From Octopus sinensis (lineage: Eukaryota), in contig NW_021831828.1 in NCBI RefSeq assembly GCF_006345805.1, positions 1 through 64,000 of the forward strand: a stretch of DNA of 64,000 bases, read 5' to 3'. A program made the translations under genes and the position numbers. Shown here in pieces: positions 54,536 through 64,000 of this stretch (position 1 is its first letter; every line of letters begins with the position of its first letter). The notes under the pieces are model-generated. The model did no database searches and was not told where the DNA came from. It saw nothing but the letters and a program-made list of their open reading frames with translations.

Positions 54536-57325
54536 TTTTTTTATTGTTTTTACTATTTGATAATAACTACAAGTTAATTAATTAAAAGCTTCATGGGCGG
54601 GAAGCCGACGCGATCGAGAAAGAATTAGAGCGTACTATCGCAAGGGATATCCGCTCGAAAAACCATCTCGATTCGCGGGCGTCGCCTGTGATAGCAGACA
54701 TGCGGGACCCGATCTCCTGAACGAAGCTGATTGCCTTACTGCCCAAGGAACCGGAAGTCTCAACCGCAAATGGAAGGAATTGGAACTTCTTCGTAAGTGA
54801 GGAGTACTTCCGCATCTTTTTGCATTCCGCGGTTGTGACAATAGATCACCAGGAGCGGAGGCGGACATCAGCAGGTTCTGAGGCGAGAAAGAGTCCACAC
54901 ACGTGGCATCCCAGGTGAGAGGCTTCCCCCTGTTGAAAGGAAACACAGTTATCCCGTCAGGCCTTTTTCCGTCCCCCCGATCGATCCCAGAGGGTTCAAG
55001 CAGGGAGGGGATTCCGGCGACTTCCAGGGCTCTCCTGATAAGGTCGTTAAGAGCGGCATGACGCGGGATGCGACCAGCACTGCGTCTACACGATAGAGCG
55101 TGCAATCCAAAGCGACAGATTTTCGCGCCACAGCGGCAGACATGTGGCTCGCATAGGCGAAGACCGAGACGTAAACAAATTCCAGTGCGTACGGACTCGC
55201 TGTCCAGAAGGTTCCCAATGCTCGGCAGTGGAGTGGCATTTAGCCAGGCTCCGCTGTGAGGGCGACATGCCGTCTCAAAGCAGGCCAAGCGGTGTTGGTA
55301 GAGAGATTTACGTAAAGATTGGATTCGGGATTGTAGGCGGACTTCGTCCCAAACAAATTGCTTATACTGATCCTCTGGGATTTCCAGTCCTAGCGAGTGC
55401 CACTTTAGGACCGCCGATGATAATTCAGAGGGCACGTAATGTTCAAAATCGGTTAGTAGAACCGTGCCCATGAGTTTCTGGCATGAAGAAAGTGACGACA
55501 GGTAGGCAGGCAGTGCAACATCATTCGGGCACCAAATTCCAAGGCCTCCGTGGCGTATGGGGAGTGAAGCTTGACTCCACCCCAAAGAGTCGAACTCGAC
55601 ATTGCATATTGAATCGATCTTCGAACGAAGGGAGTCGCCGAGATCAGTGAGAATGTCCTCATGTAGGTAACAAGGTGCACTTCTGAGGGAGTAGAGTAAT
55701 TTAGGCAGGGCTAAGAAGTTTCTCGCAAGAAACAGGCCGACGTGGCTGTCCAAAAACGTGAGGCGGTCCAGCAAAATAGTTAGCGTGGAATGTTTAGTAA
55801 GAAGATCAGTCTTAATAGCGGTCGGCAGGATGGGGGATCCGAGGATCCGGAGATCATTTACATCAGTCGTGCGCACTTGACCAAGACCAGTGCGGAGGGA
55901 CGATGATAGGTCGTCAAGGCGTTTATCAGGAATGTTGAGACCGACTAATTCTGATTTGGTGGGGTTAATCTCCAATCCAATCCTCAGAAGTGCAGGTGCC
56001 AACGATAAAGTGTCTCTTAAAATCGTCTCTGGGGAGCCGCCAATAGTGGCATCGTCCAGATACCAAATATTCAGTTCGGAAGAAACCGACCGAGCTATTC
56101 CATTTATTCCCAATGCAAAGAGAAGGGGACCTAGTGGATCGCCCTGTTGAATTCCCGTACTTGAAGGAATAATATCCGAACCGAATACTAGAGAGCTAGG
56201 TCTTCCATATGACAAGAGCGCCAGGGGGTACAAAACGGGGAACTGGTCGTAGCAAACTGACAGGAAGTGATCCCGGTGGATGCAGTTAAATGCGTTCTTG
56301 ATATCAAGTTTGAGAAGTGCCCTGTCATGGCGAGAATCGGCTGACGCATTGGCGATATAACATCTCATTGCGTGGGCGGCGCCTTCACATCCATTTTTGA
56401 CAGCAACTCCGAGTTGAACAGGTCCGAAAAACGCGCCAAGATCAGAAGAGACGAGCCTGCAAGCAAGCTTAGCAGCCAGCCTCCTGAAGACATTTCCGAC
56501 AGCGATGGGGCGAACTCCACCATCGGTCTTCCTCAAGGCAGTGAGATTGGCAGAGAAGAATAAGTCACGTGCGTACGGGATAAGGTCGCCGGAGAAAAAC
56601 CGATTGCAAAGAGCAGTGATTGCCTTCACCAGGCGGGTTCTTGCCTCGCCTGTAACCGGGGACGTCAGGTCACGTAGGTGGCCAGGACGAAGACCGTCCA
56701 CGCCACCACTGCTGCTGAGGGGGAAACTCGCGATGCAGCTTAAGATCTCCGAGGGTGTAAAGGAATGTGTAGGGGTTTCAGAGAGGACTGGCAAAGCACG
56801 GAGGTCGGTGGGGGCAGCCGGATGTTTAAGTTTGAGTGACTCGAGAAGCTCTTCCGACGGAGGTAGAACAATGTCATCGGAAGCGACAAGGCGAACAGCT
56901 GCCTTAACATCATTTTCCATAAGCTTGGCGTGGACTTTATTACGAAGGTTTGTGCGTTCAGGTTTATTCGTTAAAGGGGTCTCAAGTTCAACGGGGGGAG
57001 TAAGAAGAACCGTGAATGGATTTTTGTCGAAGAGGGTTAAATTTTCCTTTAATTGCGAAGTCAGTGAGCCGCGCTGCTTCGAATTAGGTTCCCTGTAGGG
57101 TGTGCCAATTGCCATGGAACCAAAGCAAAATAATTTCAGCCAATCAGCAGGCTGGTCAGAATCAAGGGCGTTTACAATGGTCTTCGTGAGCGAGTCGGCG
57201 ACGGCAATCCGAGCTGCTTTCGGAATTTTTATGCATATCTTCCGTGCGCGGCGCAGACCGGCAACAGAGGATAACAAATCTTTGAAGGGGATGTCACAAA
57301 CAACCGGACGAGACGGAAGTGGGGG
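54536..57325 (-). mobile_element. Long CRE-clade retrotransposon (RT-CCHC-RLE), 5' truncated, one frameshift near 54850
   Basis: GGVRPIAVG, LDIKNAFN, QQGDPLGPLLF, WYLDD, GKRPDG; A-tail; 12-bp TSD ATATTTTTACTT (54524-54535 and 57326-57337). Confidence 0.93.
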
Positions 57326-57933
57326 ATATTTTTACTTAATAATAATTGTGTATTAATATTTTTACTTAATAATAATTGTGTATTAATTATTAATTATTTG
57401 GAGGAAAAAATCAAGAATATGACCAAAAATGTACCATACCGACAGTTAAAGCACAGAGGAGGCAGCATAATGTTATGGGGGTGTTTTTCGTCTCAAGGAG
57501 TGGGTGAACTATTTTTCATAGATGGAATATTAAGTGCCAAGATGTACGTCGAAATTTTGAAAAATTGTTTAGTTTCGTCCATCAATAAATTAAAGCTAAG
57601 AAGCAATTGGACGTTTCAACACGACAACGATTTCAAACATAAAGCTAAAATAACTAGTGAATGGCTTAATAATAATGGAATAAATGTTCTGAAATGGCCT
57701 AGTCAATCTCTTGACTTAAACCCAATTGAAAATTTATGGAAAACGTTAAAAATAGAGGTAAGAAACCGAAGACCTAGAAATATAGTGGACTTAAAAGCAT
57801 TCTGCCGTGAGGAGTGGAATAAAATTTCCAAAGAAGAATGCTTTAAATTAATAGATACATACAAAAGAAGATTAGAAGCAGTAATTGTTGCAAAAGGGCA
57901 TGCAACAAAATATTAATAAGGCATCGTGCCAAC

Positions 57934-59787
57934 TAGGGCGAACTAAGTTAAAAAAGTTAAAATTTAATAATAGTAAATAAATAATAATTTAAATGATTTT
58001 TTAACTATATTTTATTATAAATAAATGCATATTAAACATTATTATTAGGTTAAAAAGTTAAAATTTAAAATTATAAGGTTAAAATTATTTTAACCTTATA
58101 TTTTTTGATATAATTTATTAATTTTTTAAATTAACAATTAATAATACATTCTGTAACAAAAATTTTTGGTTGACATGCCTAAGATAGCAAAATCGTATCA
58201 AATCAAAGCTAAAGCCATTGTTAAGGATTATCCTCAAGAATTTATGATTCTTGAGGATGGTGTATTATATTGTCGTCTCTGTTTGTGTAATATTAAATGC
58301 GAAAAAAGGCATTTTGTAAATTCTCATCGATCCTCACAGAAACATCAAAATTCATTGAGTTTATTCGAAATAAAAATTATTTTTTGTAGATTATCTGACC
58401 ACATCACACCAAACAAATATTGACCAATATGCCAAAAATGATGATTGGGCTCTACAAGTAACCAGAGCATTCATTAAATCCGATATTCCGCTAAACAAAC
58501 TATCTATGCCATGGCTTAGAGAATTGTTTTACGGAGGTTCTGTGCGAGTACCCTCACCATCGAAGGCTAGAAGCTGTGTCAATCAAATCGCAATTGATCA
58601 AAAATTGATAATTCAACAAAAAATTGTGTATAAAAATTTACTTTATTTCGTAGCGATCAAAAGGTTTTTGCTATTGCGGATGAAACACAAATTCGTGGCC
58701 AAAGATACGTTGCTGTGATGATTGGATCGTTAAATTCTCCTGAAACAACATATCTGATATCGTTTAAGCCCGTAGAATCTGCTCCTAACAAGAACATCAT
58801 TGCTCAAATAGTCGACGATGTACTTCGGAATAATTTGGTTCAAAGGGAAAATTTCCTTTTGTTAATTTCGGATGCCGCAAATTATATGAAATCGGGTAAA
58901 ATTTCATGTTTAAGTTTTAGCTGGCAAAATACTTAAAAATCTGTACCCCAAGTTATTCCATGTCACATGTACTGTTCATCTATTACACAATTGTTGTGAG
59001 AAAATAAAAGCTTCCTATCCGGAAATTGATTTGATGATTGCTACTGTACAAGCAGCAATTAACAAGAACAATACAAGAAAACGAATATTTAAAGACAGAA
59101 ACATCGCCATTCCACCTCGTGTGCATTTGACAAGATGGGGGAGTTGGCTTAAGGCCGCTACTTACTATTCAGAAAATCTGATCGGAGTACAAAATATTTT
59201 CGCATCATTCGCGGATGATGGATATCTAGTTCGAACAGCCAAAGAAAGTCTTCGAAACCATGTATTAGTGAGCAGTCTATGTGACCTTATCCGAAGCTAT
59301 TCAAACATTCCAGGTTTTCGAGTAAATGTCGCTATTGCAGATATTATTACGAAATTTGAAAGTACGCGCTTCACAATTGAACAGGCATATTATTGTTTAG
59401 AATCGTTGGAATTTGGGAATGACAACAAATTTATCAAAGAATACATAATTCAAAGGCTTAAAACAAACGATATTTCGAACATAATTAGAATGACTAATTC
59501 ACAAATATCTCCTGCCGAGTATGCATTACTTCTGAATTGTAAGCCGACCTCTTGCTCGGTTGAAAGAACTTTCTCTCTAATAAAGAGTTTTCTAAGATCC
59601 AACCGAAATTTTCTACAAGAAAATTTAGAAAATCATGTAATTTGTATGTGCAACAAACATTTTTAGTGTTTTTATTGTTTATTTATAAAGTTAAATTTTT
59701 GGGTTAATTTTTTTAGTTTTTAGGTTAATAAAGTTAAAGTTTTTAGGTTAAAATTTTTATTTTTCAGGTTAAAAAAAAATCGCCCTA
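57934..59787 (+). mobile_element. Complete hAT transposon (CGGBP1/DUF659-like transposase)
   Basis: TIRs TAGGGCGA..TCGCCCTA; perfect 8-bp TSD GTGCCAAC (57926-57933 and 59788-59795); subterminal (AG)GTTAAAA repeats. Confidence 0.92.
58175..59666 (+). CDS. Intact hAT transposase, 460 aa, 4 micro-introns
   Basis: Removing introns 58359-58389, 58628-58653, 58896-58920 and 59314-59340 gives 1383 nt with no stop: BED-type finger, IADET, ISDAANYM, CTVHLLHN, TRWGSW, TSCSVERTFS. Confidence 0.85.
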
Positions 59788-59869
59788 GTGCCAACACTTA
59801 TTGACCCTTAAATAACGCTAAAAATTAAAAAAATGTTTTTTCTTTGTCAATTATCGCTAATTTAAAAGA

Positions 59870-60570
59870 TTTAATTCGCTTGCCAAGAAATTATATTTAT
59901 GTAATTTCTTGACTTCAACGTGCTTTAAAGATTGTTCAGAAGTTATTCAAACTTTGATAAGCATAATAATGTTTCAAACTTTGTCGTAGACAAAATATCC
60001 GGATTATTATTCCTAACTTAAAACCCGTCTTGATCGTCGTGTCCATTTGTCTTTCGATCACCTCAATAGAGACAGTTTAGTGAACGGAGTGGGTCTTCAA
60101 TTTCCTAGACTGTTTTATCCCATATTGTCGGCAGATGTCCACGTGAATGCACCCTTCAACCTCATTGTGGCGACGCAATCATAACTGTTCAACATTCTGC
60201 CATATTTAATAACAAGATGATCCAAAGTATTTTTGGCGGGGTGTATTGGTTTCGACTACTACTTCCGCTGTCAAAGAATAAGTTTCGGTGCTGACTCATA
60301 CACAGCATTCCCTCCGACCTAGGAGAGTTATTCCCATGCAATAACCACCAGGACTACTTCTTCAGATCAATGTCCAAATCATCATAGCAATTAAATAAAT
60401 AAAAGGAACTTTTTTCACAGTGAAGAAGCTTTGTTTTTATCTGCTCAATTAAGTACTTTCCTTGCACATCTTTTAAAACGTTCAGTCTGCGGCTTTCCGG
60501 AGTTGAATTTTGGTACTTTCTGGATAGGAATTTCCTGATAATGGCTAATTTGTGTTTCACCATTTTTCCC
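59870..60570 (-). mobile_element. R4/Dong-like RLE retrotransposon fragment, decayed
   Basis: WWLLHGNNSPRSEG..TLDHLV..RRHNEVEGCIH..KLKTHSV..NNNPDI..KKLHKYNFLASEL. Confidence 0.75.
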
Positions 60571-60799
60571 TCAAAAAAAAATGTCCGTGTCCACCCGTTT
60601 GAGTATATCGATGTTTGTTACTTTGGCCCCCCAAGGGATTCTCAATAAACCCCTCCAGCACAAAGTTCTACGGCATTAATTCTTCTGTTTTATTCAACAA
60701 AAATAAAATATTTCATTAAAAAAATATAAATTGTTATTTCAAATTGTTTTAAACAGAAAAAAACATCTAAAAATAAAATTAAGTTCTTATCGTTGGTGC

Positions 60800-61150
60800 A
60801 CCCAGGATAATTGTGACCGTCAACGCTTTTTTCGAGTTTACGATTTTTTGTTTTTGAAAGTTGTCTAAGCCTTTTGCATTTCCTAGCCCCATTCTGACAT
60901 TTTTAAGATCATTTTGTATTGTTAGCGGAGGCTGTACGTGGACTTCCTAGAAAAGAGTCTGTGCCTCAAAAATACGATTTCATGATGTCATTTGCAGGAA
61001 CAGCAAGGTCAATTCTTAAAATATGTTCAGGCAGTGGTTATGGACCATTCCTTATAATAGTAACCAATCTGATTTTCATATATTTGTCATTTGATTAGTT
61101 TTACAAGAAAGAAAAATCCTTATTGGTCGATACCCAGCGAGTTTTACTTG
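60800..61150 (-). mobile_element. RTE-like LINE 3' remnant
   Basis: HILRIDLAVPANDIMKSYF..GSPRT matches GHILRMDMLAPANIAMEGYF..GRPRV at 8200-8300. Confidence 0.65.
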
Positions 61151-61299
61151 ACCACGGCGACTTAATAATTTACTTGAATAAAGTAAAATATTTTTGAGTA
61201 AATACTGATCTCTTTTCAGCATAGAAAAATAAATTTTGAATTTTTTGTAAAACAAAAAATGATTAATTTACGTCAATGTTCTCATCGGTAAAAGTCTTA

Positions 61300-63672
61300 A
61301 GTATCATATTGCAGCGAATTGGCTTAATAGAATGAATCAGGGACAACGAATTAATGTTTTGTCCTTTTTTCAAACAATCAAAAGCCTTAAAAAGTCAATA
61401 TGATTTAAAACCACATAATCTATAAAAGACGATCGCTTTATATTTGCAGATTGTTTTTTAGACAAATTACGACCACTATTTATTGGCCAGTCCACAATTG
61501 GATGATGACTTACAGGAAAGGTCGTATGAGGAAGTTGTTCATCCTCGTACTTATTACAATCAGACAATTAAATAAACAAACCTGGACATTCGAACTCGAC
61601 AAATGTCTTAAATTTCGGAGAATTGCAGAATTTGCAGATTGTATATAATGCATTCTGTGAGACCGTAGAGTAGAGTATGGTCGTGTCATTGGTTTTTCCA
61701 AAGCTTCTTCGTCTTGATTGTCTATTTTTGAAACTTTTTCTTCCTCGTCATATCGTATTTCGACAGATTCAAACGATAAAAGTGCTACAACACTTTTTGT
61801 ACATATAAAAATACTTCTAAATATTAAAGATCATTACTTATTTTCAGAAACGTATAATTTTTTAATCGGATCACATTTTGCAGTAGCTCGAATCACTTTT
61901 ATACACTGAGCAGAGCGGAAATTCCAAATTCGTATTTTCCCATCATAACAGGCAGTGACCACTCTGAAGTAAACAAGAAAAGCACTCACAGCCACCCTAA
62001 ATTTGATATTTCAGACTAACTCTGGGTGTGGAAGGCTCATTATTTCACTGATCATCCACTCTGACTTGTTCCAACACTTCACCGTACAGTCTCTTGATGA
62101 CGTCAGCAGATATAAGTCTGTGAGTGAGATTGCTGTTATTGCTGAATTGTGTGCTTTACAAATCTGTAAATTCTAAATTTTGGCCATACTTTTTTTAGTT
62201 TATAATCTTGAAGCGAATATATTCTCAAAACTCCTGTCTTGTCCCCGGAAGCCATAAAATCGGCGTCAACAGCAATCCTTACAATTGGTGTGAAATGTTG
62301 GAAAGTATGAAGACATTTTCCAGTTAAACTGTCCCAAACTTTAAGTATTGGAAAATCCAATTCTACCTTTGCACGTGCAATCAGAGGATGCAGAGACGAT
62401 TATGTTAAAAGAACTTTGTATGTCGTTCACCGTATTTCTGTGACCAATGAATATTTTTGAGCACTTGTTAGTATTTAAATCCCATTTTCTAGTGAAATAA
62501 AATATTATAAATTACCTTATTGTGGTGTCGTAGCTTGCAGAATAAACGACGTCAGATGTTACTAAAAGCGCTCGAATCGAACCCACATGTCCTTTAAAAA
62601 TTTGAGTGACTTTTTGGTAGTTTTCGTCAAATTTCACCACATTGAATGAATTTTGTTTTCCGGTTATTGCTACAACCTTTCCTTGTTCACCAACACCAGC
62701 AGAATACTTCTCTCTGCTGCACTAAAAGTGGGCATTTCAAAAGAACAGAACCATTTGAATAATGGAATAAAATTATATGGTTGGAAGTATATATTCCGTT
62801 CTTCCAGTTCGACTGATTTGTATGAAATACGCTCTCCTGATTCCAGATGCGTCGGAATATCCATTTTTATGAAACTTGCATAGTTTTTGTTATAAACTTC
62901 ACCGGGGAAAAACTAAAAAAAATAGTTTTACAACACAAACGTGTAGAATAATATATTTTTTGTGGTTTCTCATAGCAACGCAGTCTTCTCGGAACTCCTT
63001 TACTTTAGTGTTCCAAAGACGAGAGACTAAAGACAGATTCCCAAGGGTCTCGTTGTCCAGCATTTGGAATAAATACTTTAATAGGTTATTAGGCAACTTT
63101 CCTATCAAATCAAATCGTGTGCTACATTGGTAGTCAACAGGAGAATACCTTTGTTGCTGATTGCTGTGGTCTTGGTACTTGGAAGTTTTACTAATATTTT
63201 TAAAATTATTTCTTTTTCTGAGGAGAGAGGTCAACTTGACCAAGACAAACAAAATGTGAAATGATTGAACGTTTTTAAGTATTTTTATTACAAATTTTAT
63301 TTGAAGCACTCCTGGTAGAGATCCAAACCATTGAAAAGTATCTTCGATTAAAATTCTTGCGGCATTTGACGGAATTGCTCTGTCTGCACTTGTGGATGGT
63401 GTGTCACATAGTTGGCGAAAATTATGCTGACTAATCGAATAGACATAGTCACGAGAAATCAAAATGTCTAGAATTTTGGAAAGCTTTAATAGTGAGTCGT
63501 AGTTTCTTATTCGGTTCAAAAGGCCATATAGAAAATTTTTTTTAGTTTTTTCACCAATTTGATAAAACCAAGTAATGTCTTGGAGTTTTTCTGTCAAACG
63601 ACTGTCGTCCAAATTTTCTTGAAATATTGACAGGCTCGGAGATCTTGTGTATCCAACACAATTTTGGTTCAT
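61300..63672 (-). CDS. FBXW10: F-box/WD40 protein, FBXW10/CDRT1-like; 3' end approximate
   Basis: WFYQIG..KKNFLYGLL..RDYVYS; F-box LPNNLLKYLFQMLD..VSRLW; LEERNIY; WD repeats (GHVGSIRAL..SASYDTTI). Confidence 0.68.
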
Positions 63673-64000
63673 TAATCCAGTTATTTCGATATTTCCATTT
63701 TTATTTTGATATAATAAGAACGTTAATCGATGAGAAATCTAATCCCAGAAAACAAATGATTTATTGATATTAATTTAACAGAGATTTGTGGTTTGAAAGT
63801 GCCGTTTCTATAGAAATTTTGACGCATTCTTAACTTACTATGTGATAAAACAATTCTTAAATAAATTGATTTTAAAGGTGTATTTGAAGCACCATTCATA
63901 CAATCCATTAGTAAAATGTTTTTGTTTAATTATACATTAACGTTCAGATGTATTGTTTAGATCAATCGTTTTTCATTTTTAAAAGATAATTGTGGTAAAG

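Larger units (their letters stand above)
53567..59874 (+). mobile_element. Tc1-like IR/DR transposon disrupted by nested insertions
   Basis: TA|CAGTGGGCCCAAAAAGT left end; inner repeat ~53725-53787 is mirrored at 59788-59856; transposase halves WSDETKMELFG (54153-54442) and GGSIMLWGCF..FQHDND..WPSQSLDLNPIENLW (57398-57916); right TIR truncated. Confidence 0.88.

Noticed and set aside
55068-57356. Antisense ORFs over the CRE element (and similar shadow ORFs over other genes)
   Set aside because: By-products of GC-richer coding sequence on the opposite strand.

Overview
AT-rich animal genomic DNA. Host genes are compact and split by very short introns (mostly 22-35 nt), which suggests, by inference only, a dicyemid-like reduced parasite. 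Host genes reconstructed by manual splicing: GRP94/HSP90B1, ARPC1, WDR4, a TM/coiled-coil gene, myosin regulatory light chain, GALE, a shortened XMAP215/CKAP5-like gene, a nicotinic acetylcholine receptor alpha subunit, an FBXW10-like gene, and a cathepsin-L pseudogene. Intergenic DNA is densely filled with often nested transposons: at least 7 distinct CRE-clade insertions, RTE-like LINEs, R4/Dong-like RLE elements resembling microsporidian ones, Ginger, hAT, Tc1, Merlin and pogo. The centre (29.4-44.2 kb) is a 14.8-kb hierarchical satellite: ~75-bp monomers form 6/7-mer higher-order repeats, which form 2.3-3.1-kb blocks. One MITE insertion in it was amplified to 3 copies, and its minus strand reads as a decayed 25-aa LRR-like motif. 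An apparently intact hAT transposase carries four host-style micro-introns. All homology calls are by eye from motifs, not database searches. Scattered 1-nt indels suggest some assembly error.
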